The notes: a model not told the origin generated them from the sequence alone. DNA of 64,000 nt from Candidatus Latescibacterota bacterium (GCA_965198115.1 OZ240241.1:992001-1056000); one strand, 5' to 3'. Numbered from the stretch's first letter, positions 33,201 through 45,456 are shown. A program made the numbers and translations.

Positions 33201-36200
33201 GTCGCGATCGACCTCAGATCCGAGGCGTTCGACGCTTTTCTCGAAGTGTTCGAAACAGACACGCCACTGGGGGCCGATTTTTCGACGCTCGTCGCATCCG
33301 ACGACGATGGTGGGTTCGGGTTCGATTCTCGGATCGTCCGCGCCCTGACTGCCGGGACCTACCTGGTGGGGGTCTCCGCCTTCAGCGGTGCCGGAGACTA
33401 TGTGCTGGAGGTTGCGGAGGAGGTCATCGAGGTCGACGCCATCGCCTTGGGCGAGTCTCGCTCGGGCACCCTCGAATCGTCGAGTGACACGCATTACTTC
33501 ACGCTCGACCTGCCCGAGGGCGCGGCGATCGCGATCGATGCGATTTCAGACGAGATGGATCCTTTTCTCGATCTTTTCGACACGGACAATCCGCTCGAGG
33601 CCAACTTTTTCACGCAGTTGTCCGCCGACGACGACGGTGGCGAGGGCCTCAATTCGAGGATCGAGGTGGCGCTCCCGCCTGGCATTTACCTTGTCGGTGT
33701 TTCGCCGATCGGTTCGGGCGGTGCCTATACCCTTTCCGTCTCTGAATTCGACATCGAGGTTGCCTCCATTTCGGTCGGCGAGTCGGTGACGGGTTCACTC
33801 TCCAGCTCCGAGGAGGTCCTCTATTTTGCGCTGAGAGTCGAGACGGCCGCAGCAGTGACGATCGATATGACGTCGGACGAGTTCGACACGTTCCTCCAGG
33901 TCTTCGACGCGGACAATCCTGCCGACGCGGGCTTCTTCAACCTTCTGGCCGAAGATGACGACGGCGGCGAAGGTCTGAACTCCAGGACGGCGTTGCCGCT
34001 GGCCCCAGGGACCTACCTGATCGCGGCTCAAGCTTTCGGGGGCGCGGGCGCCTTCAGTCTGAGCGTGACGGAAGAGGTCCAGCAACTCAGTTCTATCTCG
34101 GTGGGTGAGTCGCGGACGGGGGAACTACTCGCCGATCTGGATCGGGATTTCTACACGCTGACGCTGACCGACAAGACGACGGTGTCGATCAGCCTGACCT
34201 CCGACGCGTTCGACGCCTTCCTCGAGCTCTACGACGCGGACAACGCGCTGGCAGCCGATTCGTCGACGCTCCTGGCGGTGGACGATGATGGCGGCGAAGG
34301 GCTGAATTCACAGTTAATGTTTTCCCTGTCAGAGGGGACCTATCTGATCGGTGCCTTATCGTTCAGCGGCATCGGCGTCTATGATCTCTCGGTCACCGAA
34401 GCCGAGAGCGAGTTGCTGACGGTCGCGCTAGGGGGAACAGAGAGCGGGGAATTGTCTTCGCTCACGTCCGTTGACTTCTATCTGCTCTCGCTGGACGAGG
34501 GCACGAGCGTGGTCATCGATCTCACGTCGGACGCGTTCGACACCTTCCTCGAGCTCTACGCGGCTGACAATCTGTTCGACGCCACGGACGTCAATTTCAT
34601 CACGCTCGACGATGACGGCGGCGTGGACTTCAACTCGCAGATCCAGACGGCACTGGGTGCCGGTGCCTACGTCATCGCCGTGTCTTCCCTGGACGCGCCT
34701 GGCGGCTACACGCTGAGCGTGACTGGCGGGGGGTCCCTGCCCGTTACCCCGATCGCTCTGGGTGAGACAGCTTCGTCCTCACTGGTTTCCGAAACGGATG
34801 TGGCTTTCTTCACGTTCAGCCTCGACTCGGAAACCGCGGTGACGGTCGACCTCACGTCGGACGAATTCGACGCGTTCCTTGAACTCGCCCGGGGTGACAA
34901 TCCCTTCCAGGTGGATATCGATGACCTCCTGGCTCTGGATGACGATGGGGGCGAGGGCCTGAACTCCCGGATTGACCTCGCGTTGGAAGCGGGCACGTAT
35001 CTGCTCGCGGTGACCTCCTTCTCCGGCGCGGGGGCTTTTGACATCCAGCTCGTCGGTGGGACGAGCGCGGTCGGGCCGAATGCCCGTGCCTCGGTGACGC
35101 TCGATTTCGAGGCGTCCGGGTCTGTCAACCTGATCGACGATGCCGTCACCACCGGTTCCGTGACTGGCGGGGGGACGGAGATCGTTTTCGAGGTGTTCGT
35201 GAATCCGGTCGGTAGAAGCATATCGGGCGGCTCCTTCGCCCTCGAAATCGATGCGGACCTTCTCGAGCTGACCGATTTCAAGCCCGCGACGGGTCTGTCC
35301 GCTGAAATTCTCTCTGTTGCCGGCGATGTCCTGATTTCGAGCACGGAAGGTGGTGTGCTGCTCGATGAGGGCTTCTTCGGATCGGCCACGCTGACGACAC
35401 TCTCGGACGTGACCGGACGGCAGCTGGGAGTAGGGGTCCGGGAGTTCACGCTGACGGATGAAGCCACCGGGACAACGGATGAGATTCGCACGCGTGGCGG
35501 GCTGAGATTCAACGCCCTTTCTCCAACCACCGTGGTTTCGGGCGAAGGACCCGTCGGTCCGGTGGCCCTGGATCTCGATCTCGCTGCGGGGGACCAGGGT
35601 CAGAGGGCGTCATCGGGAAGACCCGCCATCGGTGACATCATCACGGTGGAACTGGCTGCGACCGAGGGCGCTCTTGCCGCAGTCGGTTTACTGGCTGAGC
35701 TCACCTTCGACGGAAAGGCGCTGACCTTCCAGAGCTTCGCCCCGGCCGATGTGTTCGAAGGGGCTCTGCTGATTCCGAAGGCTCAGGAGGGGTCGGTCGA
35801 GATCAACCTCGCGCTGATCGGGGGCAATGCCGCACCGGCCGACGCAGGGAGCATCGGGACGTTCACGTTCGAGGTTCAGGAAGGATTCACGGACAGCTCC
35901 GTCGTGCAGATTACGTCCGGCCGGTATGCGCGCTCCTCTGGACAGGAGGAAATGCAGATCGGTTCGGGGGGCGCGTTTGTCGTAATCGGCGGAGCGAGCG
36001 AGGCGGCGGCCGGTGAGGGGCCCGTTGGACCTATCGCGTTGGACGGTGATCCCGCAGCGGGCGACCAGGGGAGCAGGTCCCTGCCGGCGACGGCCGTGGG
36101 TGGCAACGTGACGATCGACCTCGTGGCCACGGAAGGTGCTCAGAACGCATCGGGTGCTCTGGTTACGTTCAGATACGACGACAAGGCTTTCTCGTTCGTG

Positions 36201-38085
36201 TCCTTCACGACTTCCGATATCTTCGCCGGTGCGCTCGTGATTCCCAAAACGTCGCCCGGGTCCGTCGAACTGAACATCGCCCTGACCGGGCAAACCAAGG
36301 TGGAAAACGACGCCGGTAGCATCGGGACCATCACGCTCAACGTGCTCGACGGATTCGAGGGAAGCAGTGCTGTTGAATTGACCCAGGGTTCCTTCGCCTT
36401 GCCGGAAGGGGTCTCACCCGTGACGATTGGTGCAGGCGGTGCGACGCTGGTCGTCGGAGGCGACGGTGCGGCACCGCTTACACCGGACTTCGACGGAGAT
36501 GGAACGGTTGGCTTCGCTGATTTCCTGGCTATATCCGGATCTCTCAACGAGATGAAGTGGGTGAAGGTGCCGTGGTTCCTGGCATGGGGGCGCGGTTAGC
36601 GTGTGCGGAACCTCTTCGGAATCTGCTCAGGGATGTTTATGTCTCCGACGGTAAGGAAGATCATATCGTTGAATGCGTCGAGTGTGCGGAATCCGCTGGC
36701 TCGGTTCTTGACGATTTGGACGATTCGGTTGAGGCCTTCGGCGATGGCGTTGGTAAGACGCGTGTTCACGAATGCGAGGACGCCGAAGAAGTGCTGTCGC
36801 AGGGTCCTGACGAACTTTCGCAGGGGTTCAAGTCGACTTCTGAGTGCGGACGTCGTCCAGCATTTCAGGAAGCGTTCGGCAGCCCAGGGCGCTTTGTATT
36901 CCCAGAACTGCTCGAACTCGTCCTTGAGTCTCCAGGCTCTATAGATTCGGTAGTTCGCCTTCTCCAGTGCTTTGAGATCCCCTCTGGAGCGTGTCGCTGA
37001 GTGCCGGTAGAGGAGCCATCGGAGGCCCTTCATGGCTTTGCGCTCATCCGGGGCAGCTTTACGCCACTGGTCCTTACGGACCTCGTCAACGGCGGCATTG
37101 AGAGCCTTGACGATGTGAAAGCGATCGAGGACCAGCTTGGCATTCGGACAGTGTTCCTGGATGGCTCCGATGTAAGCTTCAAGCTTCGCTCATGTCGCAG
37201 CAGGCCCACTCGATCTTGGATCTCCGGTAGGGACTGAGAGCCTCTGTGAAGAACCGATCGATCGTTTTACGCGCCCTGCCGCGGCCAACCCACACCACGC
37301 AGGAGCGGTCCAGATCGTAAACGAGCGTGGCGTACCTGTGACGCTTGGCGTAGGAGATCTCGTCGATCCCGATGGTTTTGAGCCCTCGGATACGATGACC
37401 TTCACGAAGCCGCGTGATGGATCGGTGAAGGAGATCCGACAGCGTCGAGGCAGAGATGCGCAGTAACTCGGACGCCGCCTTCTGCGTCATGGTCTGGCAG
37501 TAGCGCAGCATGGCATACTCGAAGCGATACGTCACCCGAGAGAACCGCTCCGCCCACGGAATCTCCTCGACCACACGACCGTGGGTAGGACACCGAATCT
37601 CCCGAGGATGGTAGAGAAGCCAGACCCTCCACCCGCACACCGGAATGTCACGCCACCGACGCGGATGGGGCATTGTGCGGACGATTTTACCTCGACGGCC
37701 GCACTCCGGACAACAACAACCATTCTTATGTGGCTTTACGGCGATGACGAAACAGCTTCTCCCCTCAAACCACCAGCTGACAACACGGAACCCCTTGAAT
37801 CTCAGCAGTTTCGATAGTAATCTGCTCCCGGTCATAGGTCGCACCCCCTTCGCTTTGATTGTCCTACACACACAACCAAGCGTAGGGAACGATCTATGAC
37901 CTTGTCATTCTATAGTTTCACCGTTGAGAAACCCGGATAGAGCCGATTTCCTGACTCTGGCCGGCAAATTCGGTTCGTCGGCCGGCGACGGTATCTACGA
38001 AGCCCGGGTCGACCTCGACGGAGACGGTTCCATCGGGTTCGGTGATTTCCTCGAACTCGCGGGGTCGTTCGGGTCCAGCTTTTAG
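30216..38085 (+). pseudogene. Giant secreted protein: Lys/Ala-rich N-region, 13 PPC-like repeats, 2-3 cohesin-like domains, C-terminal dockerin-like EF-hand pair; frameshifted and IS-interrupted
   Basis: 13 copies of FD.FLEL..(D/N)DD.G...(N/D)S.I...L..GTY.I; frameshifts near 30750, 31085 and 32350; DFDGDGTVGFADFL|TLAGKFG..DLDGDGSIGFGDFLELAGSFG is continuous across the ISL3 TSD. Confidence 0.85.
36527..37944 (-). mobile_element. ISL3 copy 4 (transposase broken by 7-nt duplication AAGCTTC; also a 9-nt deletion)
   Basis: Both IRs; 8-bp TSD GATTTCCT. Confidence 0.96.
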
Positions 38086-38105
38086 TCAACGACTGGGAAA
38101 CTACA

Positions 38106-38146
38106 GCGGGCCTGCTTCGTCGGGAGACGGGGTGGGCCCGTTCTTT
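38106..38146 (+). terminator. Putative intrinsic terminator
   Basis: GCGGGCCTGC...GTGGGCCCGT stem followed by TCTTTT, between convergent genes. Confidence 0.6.
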
Positions 38147-38158
38147 TGCTGATGTCGC

Positions 38159-39180
38159 TTACCAAATCGTCTGCAGCGCGGTACCCTCGATTAGGTTCTC
38201 GATGTGGGGCTGGAGCAGTGGGAAAAGTCCAACCCGGTCCTTTCTTCGATGTCGTCGATCGCCACGATGAATTCTGTCAAGGCACGGTCCTGATCGGGGA
38301 TCGAGAAGTCCAGGAGGGGAACACCCGGGCTGTGATCGCCCGTCTTTGTATGCGGTTGCTCGAAAACATAGCCCCGGGCCTGAAACCTCGCATCCGCATC
38401 GAACCAGCCAACGATTTTATAGGTTGCGTCGGGGATGCCGTGCCCGTTGACCCGAATGACATCCACAAAGTCGTCCTCTGGAGACTCGGTCGATGGATTG
38501 GTTTCGTTTCTGAAAATGGCGCCGCTGATGGTCCACACAGTTGTGATGTAGGCAGGTTCATTGAAAACGACCTTGACGACCGCGTTTTCGAGATCCCACC
38601 ACGCCCCGTGTGAATTGATGCTCCCGTGCTGGGGCACGGAGTTGCTCATCAGGCACCCCCAGACGGATCCGTCCCATCCCCACGCTCTATTTTGAACGTG
38701 CATCGCCAGGTGACCACGCTCCAGACGTGTCGTCCCCCACGCGTAGGAGTCTCCGCGATGCGTGTAGGTGGGGAGATCAGGATCCTCTTTCCACCTTCGA
38801 TCGAGCGTGTAGAGCCGATTCTTGTCGAAGTATTCATCCACTGACCAGCGTTGGCACTGCCACACGGGAGCACTCATCCGGTCGAAGTGCCCGAGCACGA
38901 AGGCCTCTCTGACCAGTACTGCTCGGCACCGATACCCTCTGGCGTGTAGTTATGACGAAGGTCGGTCAGTTCGGGCATCCCGAAAATGAAGTGGCGCGAC
39001 CTGACAGCGAAGCCCCTGTTCGTGTTATACGCGCCTACATCCATCTTGGCTCTCTCCAGGGCTTCGACCTCTTCGGAAAGCTCAACGTCTTCAGCCAGCT
39101 CCCTGTTTTCCTGATTGAAGGTGTTGGCAAAAATCGCCTGGGGAGACCAGCAGCGTCGTGACGAGAATGGAGAAAATCAC
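38159..39180 (-). pseudogene. Secreted DNA/RNA non-specific endonuclease (NucA/EndA type), frameshifted
   Basis: ERGHLA, MSNSVPQHGSIN..WWDLE, IEERTGLDF motifs; signal-like N-terminus in another frame. Confidence 0.85.
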
Positions 39181-39363
39181 GAAAACCTCCTCAGAAAAGC
39201 AGACGGGGACACCCGTCGGTGCCCCCTGAGTCCAGTCAAGAAAGACGGTTGGCCTACGGTGTCAAGCGTCCATCTCCTGACGTTGCGACCCGCTCGACAG
39301 AGGCAGGAGACCGGAGTACCTTCCTGGAACCAACTGAAGGCCTATCAATCGTGGAGCGACTCG

Positions 39364-40142
39364 ATGATGCGTGACCTGACAGACAAAGTCGCCTGGATTA
39401 CGGGTGGTGGCACGGGCATTGGCGAGGCTGGCGCGGAGTCGCTGTCAGAGCTGGGTATGAACATTGTCCTATCCGGACGCCGATCGGAGCCGCTTCAGAA
39501 AGTGGCTGACGCAATCGGTGATCGCGCCTCGGTTCAGCCGATGGACGTCGTGGACAAGGAGGCAGTGAACCGGGTGGCCGCGGAAATCATCAACCGTTTC
39601 GGTCGTTGTGACGTTCTGGTCAACAGTGCGGGGCTGAATGCGTCGAAGGACCGTCACTGGCACAACTTCAAGCTCGAAGGCTGGGACGAGGTGATCGACG
39701 TCGACCTGAACGGAGCGTTCTACTGCACCAAAGCCGTTCTGCAGGCGATGATCGAGCAAAGGGACGGGCTGATCATCAACATCTCCTCCTGGGCGGGAAA
39801 GTACACCAGTATGCTGACCGGCCCGCCTACAGTGCCGCCAAGCACGCGATGATTTCGATGACAGAAAGCTTCAATATGGAAAACGGGATTCACGGGGTTC
39901 GAGCGTGCGCGATCTGCCCGGGGGAGGTGAGTACGCCGATTCTGGACAACCGCCCGGTACCGGTTACCGCAGAAGATCGTGCTAAAATGGTCCAATCCGA
40001 GGACTGTGGAGAGATCATTGCGTTCATAGCACGTCTACCCGCGCACGTCTGCGTCAACGAACTAACCGTGAGCCCCACCTGGAACCGAAGCTTCGTCGCC
40101 CGCGCTCAGGCCCTCGCCGACGGCGACAGCGGCGTGCCGTGA
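39364..40142 (+). pseudogene. SDR oxidoreductase with one frameshift near 39825
   Basis: TGGGTGIG, LVNSAG, NISS; the Y...K region spans the frameshift. Confidence 0.9.
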
Positions 40143-40233
40143 CCAGCTTCAATTCTAGATCTGATTGCCGACCTTACCGTTTTCCGTCCACTGTCCACCG
40201 CCCACCGTCCACCAATTCATTTCCCGATCCGAG

Positions 40234-41145
40234 ATGCCAATGCCCTCTCCTACGCAAGTGCCGAAACAGCCCCCGTTACCATTCGTCTTCTCCCGTGAGC
40301 AGATGGTCCAATACACGAACCTGTATGAAGGAGACCGGTTCCCCGATGGCCGGCCGAGGGTGCCCGATGCCATCCTCGAACGTATGAAAAGGGTGACGTG
40401 CGAGCAGGCCTGGACCGTACTCAGAGAACACGGCTACGATTGCCAGTATCAGGGCAAATGGGTGATGACCCACCGGGATCCGGTTCTCGTCGGCAGAGCA
40501 GTGACCTGCAACTTCATTCCCTACAGACCGGATGTGGCGGATGTCGTCGTCGGGGCAGCAACCGAGCAGGGCCTCGAAGGCAGGGACAAGCATTGGGTGA
40601 TGGATGGGCTGGTGGAGGACGACGTGATGGTTGCCGACCTGCAGGACAAGCAGATCGGCGGCGGGTTCATCGGCGACAACCTGGCGAATCTGCTCAACGA
40701 GAGGACGGGAACGGGGTGTGTGGTTTGGGGTGGGACCCGTGATCTTGCCGGCGTGCTGGAGCTCGAGGACTTCGTCGTCTTCAATCGCAACTGGGATCCT
40801 TCGACGTCGAGCGCTTACGACCGAACGATGATCATCGGCTTCAACACGCCTATCTCCATCGGTCGGGCATCGGTGATGCCGGGCGATGTCGTGCTCGGCC
40901 TGCGCGAGGGCGTAGTGTTCGTTCCCGCTCACCTCGCGCTCGAGGTCGTCGAGACGTCCGAACTGATCGCGCTGAAGGATCTGTTTGGTTACGAGCGGCT
41001 GAAGGCAGGCATTTACACCGCCGGACAGATCGACGCGGCGTGGACCGACGAGATCACCGAAGACTTTCAAACCTGGGTGCGGCCAAAAATCGACACGCTG
41101 CCACCCGAACAGCAGGAGATGTTGCGAAGTCAATCGTGGTGGTAA
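40234..41145 (+). CDS. RraA/HMG-aldolase-like family protein
   Basis: FPDGRPRVPD, LVGRAVT, IGDNL, GGTRD, PGDVVLG..EGVVFVP. Confidence 0.85.
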   Translation: MPMPSPTQVPKQPPLPFVFSREQMVQYTNLYEGDRFPDGRPRVPDAILERMKRVTCEQAWTVLREHGYDCQYQGKWVMTHRDPVLVGRAVTCNFIPYRPDVADVVVGAATEQGLEGRDKHWVMDGLVEDDVMVADLQDKQIGGGFIGDNLANLLNERTGTGCVVWGGTRDLAGVLELEDFVVFNRNWDPSTSSAYDRTMIIGFNTPISIGRASVMPGDVVLGLREGVVFVPAHLALEVVETSELIALKDLFGYERLKAGIYTAGQIDAAWTDEITEDFQTWVRPKIDTLPPEQQEMLRSQSWW

Positions 41146-41242
41146 GCGGAGGGAGAAGTAAGAAGTAGAGAAGTGAGAAGGGGACATTGTCCCAGCGGCC
41201 CCACCAGAAGGCGAAATCTTCCCGCGGAGAGCTACCAGGGTT

Positions 41243-41291
41243 CCCAGCCCTGAAAGGGCGACATACATTAGCCCGGCGCGCCAGCCCCGGG
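41243..41291. repeat. REP-like double hairpin
   Basis: GCCCTGAAAGGGC...TAGCCCGG..CCGGGC. Confidence 0.5.
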
Positions 41292-41477
41292 CATCAGACG
41301 TGGACAGCCACACGCCGCTGTTACACCAAACATCATCACAGAATCTGACCTCCTCGGCGCACGATCACGTACCCAGTTCGCGCACTCATTTGCAGAACGA
41401 TTCACCAGCCCGACATCGTCTACGCGCTGAGCCTTGCGTGTGTTCGATCCCGTTTTGCCGAGTTCGAGAGGCGAAAA

Positions 41478-42572
41478 CTACGTCGGCGTAGCCAGTGTCG
41501 GTAGCTCCGGCGTGAACTGGTAATCCGGATCTTCTTCTTGTCTCCGCTGAATCTCCGCAATATGAGTCCACGTCTCCCAAAGTCCGTTTGGACACCAAGG
41601 AAGGTCGTGCTTGATTCTCCGGTGGAGCTTGCCCAGACGGTAACACGGAACCGCCGCGTACATATGGTGTTCGATGTGATAATTCATGTGCCAATAAAGA
41701 AACTGGACGATCGGATTCAGGTAAATCGTTCGGGAGTTCAGCCTGAAGTCAGGAACGTTGTCCGTCAGGCCGACGTGCTGGGCCGAATTGCACATCGATT
41801 GCAACCATTTGCCGAATGTTTTTGGGAAAGTGACGACGAGAAGCGTGATCCAGTGTCCGTATGCGATAGCCGTTCCGGCGATGATCAGGTGTCCGATCAG
41901 GACGACGCGTTCCCAGCGCAGGTAAGCCTGGCGACGGGCCGAATCGCTTTCAGGCAGGATGGCCCGGGTCCAATCATCCTGCGGCAATCGACCGACGAAG
42001 TGCTGAAGCTTCCCCTTTAGAGTGTCGTAAGGATACTTGACGTTCACGATTCCGATCTTCCAAAAGCTGTCCAGTTTGATCGGGAACGGGAACACGACTT
42101 CCTGGTCGTCGGGAGGGTGGAGTGCGTATTTGTGATGCTCCGTGTGGCTCGCCCAGAAGTGATGGTGGTTGTGCCAGCCCAGGAAGGAAAAAACGCGCAG
42201 GAAGACGCGATTCAGCCAGCGGGGTCGAAAAACGGAGTCGTGAACCAGTTCGTGGAAGGCATTGACGGAAAATTGCCAGGTATGCCCGTTCACGAACACG
42301 AGCAAGACGGTCACGTACCAGGGCCAGTGATTCGAGCTGTAGATGGCGGCACCAGCTCCCAATGCCAGAAAGCCGAGGTATCCGACCGTTTGAATGAACC
42401 CGAGCAGATTGCTGCGTCTGTTGAACTGCGCCAGCTCCTCGCGGGATAGCGGGGAGCGATACCACTTCACCCGATTGGTTTGACGGGGTTCGTTATAGAC
42501 AGGCCCTTGTGTCAGGACCTCATCGTCCCTGAAAGTTTCTATCGCGTCGGTGGTATTCGATTCAGTGGACAT
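41478..42572 (-). CDS. Fatty-acid-desaturase-family membrane protein
   Basis: His boxes HELVH, HTEHH, HIEHH. Confidence 0.92.
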   Translation of the reverse strand: MSTESNTTDAIETFRDDEVLTQGPVYNEPRQTNRVKWYRSPLSREELAQFNRRSNLLGFIQTVGYLGFLALGAGAAIYSSNHWPWYVTVLLVFVNGHTWQFSVNAFHELVHDSVFRPRWLNRVFLRVFSFLGWHNHHHFWASHTEHHKYALHPPDDQEVVFPFPIKLDSFWKIGIVNVKYPYDTLKGKLQHFVGRLPQDDWTRAILPESDSARRQAYLRWERVVLIGHLIIAGTAIAYGHWITLLVVTFPKTFGKWLQSMCNSAQHVGLTDNVPDFRLNSRTIYLNPIVQFLYWHMNYHIEHHMYAAVPCYRLGKLHRRIKHDLPWCPNGLWETWTHIAEIQRRQEEDPDYQFTPELPTLATPT

Positions 42573-43128
42573 CGTGATTCTTACGTTCGTGGCGTTATAA
42601 TCGTCGAACCCGCTATTGGGGATGATAATTCATTTCAGGCGATGAGTCTGCAGGTTGCACGATGGTCCTACGATGAGTCCTGTACCTCGCGGTGGTAGTG
42701 AACCATCAACCCTTGATGTGTAAGCACCCCGACCAGCTTCATACTCTCCTCGTTCTCCACAACAGGCAGGGTCGAAACGTCTCCTTCTGCCAGGAGGGCG
42801 AGCGCTTCGGAAAGCGGTGCGTCCACTTCGATGTGAGGAGGATTTGACGACATCATATCCTCGGCGATAAAGAGCGTGAACAAATCATCCTGAAACACAA
42901 CCGGTTTGATGTCGGACAGTGGGATGATGCCTTTTAGACGGTCCGTGTCGTCGACGACCGGAAAATCAACGAGGGTACTGTTCTGGAAGACTGCAGAAAT
43001 CTCTCCGAGAGGGGTGTGCGTTCGCACGAACTCGTAGCCCGTCGACATCGCCTCTCCGACAGTAAGGCGATTGAGGACGTTCAGGTCAAAGCCCTGAGAG
43101 ATCCTCAAGCCCCTCCGGGCGAGCTTCA

Positions 43129-43930
43129 TGTTACGGCTTACGATAAATTCCCGCCCAGATTACGCTATTCGCATTCTCACGCATCAAGAACTGACGACCG
43201 GAGATAAGAACTCTCTGGGCGTTCCGATGTAGACCGCGTCCTGTTCATTCCCACACGCCCGAGAAATAGGCTCTCGAACCGAGAAAATAGCGCGTTTCGA
43301 CCGATTAGGCTCAAGACGTGGCCAGGCCAGGTCCCAGCGGGCATAGGGGGGTGCGCGGTGTTGGCCCTGGGCGCGTCGCTGGCCCGAGGCCCGCACCAGG
43401 GGGGTAGGGGGGGTGGAAACGGTCAGCTCTCTTTTGGACACCGGTCATGTCCCCATTCTTTTACTAATCCGTCCTAATTTTCGTTCCGGAGGGCGCATCG
43501 CGGCCGTTGTCGACGAAAGGGGGTTTTTTCAGGTGTCGGAAACACTTAAACCAGTGCAAAAACAAGAGCTTGCGTCTGTCGACAAGGCGGCTTTGAAGGT
43601 GCTTCCCGAAAATGGCGAAGCGGGGTAGAAAATCGGCCGTCTCCCTGGCGGTGCTGCCGGTCGTGGACCCGTCGGAGGTCGAGAGCGTTTCGCGTCCCGA
43701 TCCCCCGGAATGTGCCAAACGCGTTCGCGTAAAGAAAGGGACAGCGTAGGTCCGACAACCGCTTTTGGCCGTTGCGCCTTGTAAGTACTCCTATGGCACT
43801 ATGTCGCATGGCCGCCAGATCTTAGGTGACCCTCATTAGGGAACGGTTTCCACTGTTAACCGTATTGAAACGATTCTGCCTATTTTGCGAATAGCTTAAG
43901 CCGGGCGGAGAATTATCGCAAGGCGTCACA
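43129..43930. mobile_element. Non-autonomous TGT...ACA mini-transposon with phage-packaging-like cargo
   Basis: 45-bp terminal IRs (36/45 identical); 7-bp TSD AGCTTCA at 43122-43128 and 43931-43937; no transposase. Confidence 0.9.
43612..43749 (+). pseudogene. N-terminus of a phage small-terminase-like gene
   Basis: GAAGGTG RBS; MAKRGRKSAVSLAVLPVVDPSEVESVSRPDPPE then loss of pattern; lies downstream of a cos-like tract. Confidence 0.6.
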
Positions 43931-45456
43931 AGCTTCAACGTGTAGATCGACTCTCGTTCGAGATAGCGGGCGAACAAGGAGCTGATGACGGTTCCGAGGA
44001 TCAGCGGGAGGATGATTTCGTAGTCGTCGGTCAGCTCGAACAGAATCAGCATTGCCGTCAGGGGCGCGTGCGTCGTTCCCGCGACGAGCGCCCCCATCCC
44101 GACGAGGGCGTAAGCGCCCGGTGGAGACGTGAAGTCGGGGAAGACCGCATTCACGAGGAACCCGAATGCGCCCCCGACCGACGCACCAATGAACAAAGAT
44201 GGCGCAAAGATGCCCCCGGACCCGCCTGCGCCCAGGGTGATGGACGTGGCGAGGAGTTTCACGGCGAGTAGACCCAGGATCAGCGTCACGTCGATCTGAT
44301 TGACGAGGATGCCCGTAATGGTGTCGTAACCGACCCCGAGGATCTGCGGAAACAGAAGCCCGATACCTCCGACCACGAGGCCACCCAATCCTGCCTTCAG
44401 ATAACTGGAGACCGGGAACTTTTCGAAGAGATCCTCGAAGGCGTAGAGCGTCTTCATGAAAAAGACAGCCAGCGTGCCGCTGAGGAAACCGAGCACCACG
44501 TAGAATAGGAGCTCGTAAAGGCTCGAAAGCTCGTATTCCGGGATGACGAAGGCCGTCTGGTTGCCCGATGCGTAACGGCTTACGGCGTTTGCGACGACCG
44601 AGGCGAACAGAATCGGGCTGAAGGTGCTGATGCTGAAGTCGCCGAGGATGACCTCCAGCGCAAAAAAACCGCCTGCGATCGGAGCGTTGAAGGTGGCGGA
44701 AATACCCGCCGCGGCCCCGCATCCGACGAGGACCTTGAGACGCTCGCCCGAAAGCCCGAACATTTGTCCGACCGCAGAGCCTGTGGCGGAACCGATCTGA
44801 ACGATCGGACCCTCTCGTCCGACTGATCCGCCCGAGCCGATGCAGAGCGCCGACGCCAGGGTTTTGATCAACGCAACGCGAGGACGGATGACACCGTTGT
44901 TCGTCGCTACCGCCGCCATCACCTCAGGAATGCCGGCGCCCTTGGCCTCTTTCGCCCATAGGTTGACGAGGAGAGTGACCAGAAGAAAACCGAACACGGT
45001 GACCGAAACCTGAGCATAGTTGGAACCGAGAATGGTCGGGACGTCCACGAGGAGTGATCGGGTGAAAAACTCGATCAGCCACTTGAAGACGAGGGAACCC
45101 ACACCGCAGGCAGCGCCGATCCCGACGGAGAGGATGATCAGGAACGGCGTCCCGGCGATACCCACGACGGCGAGCTTCCGCATCGCGTAGCGTCGCACGG
45201 CCTCCAGCCTCCGTTGCAGGCACATCCAAACCGATCCTGGCTCTGGATCAGTTGGTTCCATTTGCACGTTCATCCTTTAGAGGTTCCCGGTGTCCAATGA
45301 GTCGCAATAGCGCTTGATCTACTCGATTGTGCGACTCGACCTTCTCGCTTTCACAGACGTTTGCTTGACTACTGAACGCCGCTCGTCCTGAGCGTGTCCA
45401 GAGATGCAGGTAAGCGCCCGAACGGGTAGTGGCAGCGGACCGCGCACGTTTTCCAC

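Larger units (their letters stand above)
42668..45273 (-). pseudogene. ClC chloride channel/antiporter with CBS pair, split by an 802-bp insertion
   Basis: GAGIP, GREGP, GGIFAP motifs; ESIYTLKL|ARRG is contiguous once the insert is removed; CBS domains at 42668..43128. Confidence 0.93.

Noticed and set aside
30780-35050. PPC repeats as DGR template/variable repeats
   Set aside because: No reverse transcriptase is present, and the repeats differ at all base types as ordinary domain paralogs do.
43862-43871. GTATTGAAAC inside the mini-transposon matching the CRISPR-like repeat end
   Set aside because: Only 10 nt match and the upstream sequence is unrelated to the 37-mer; likely chance.
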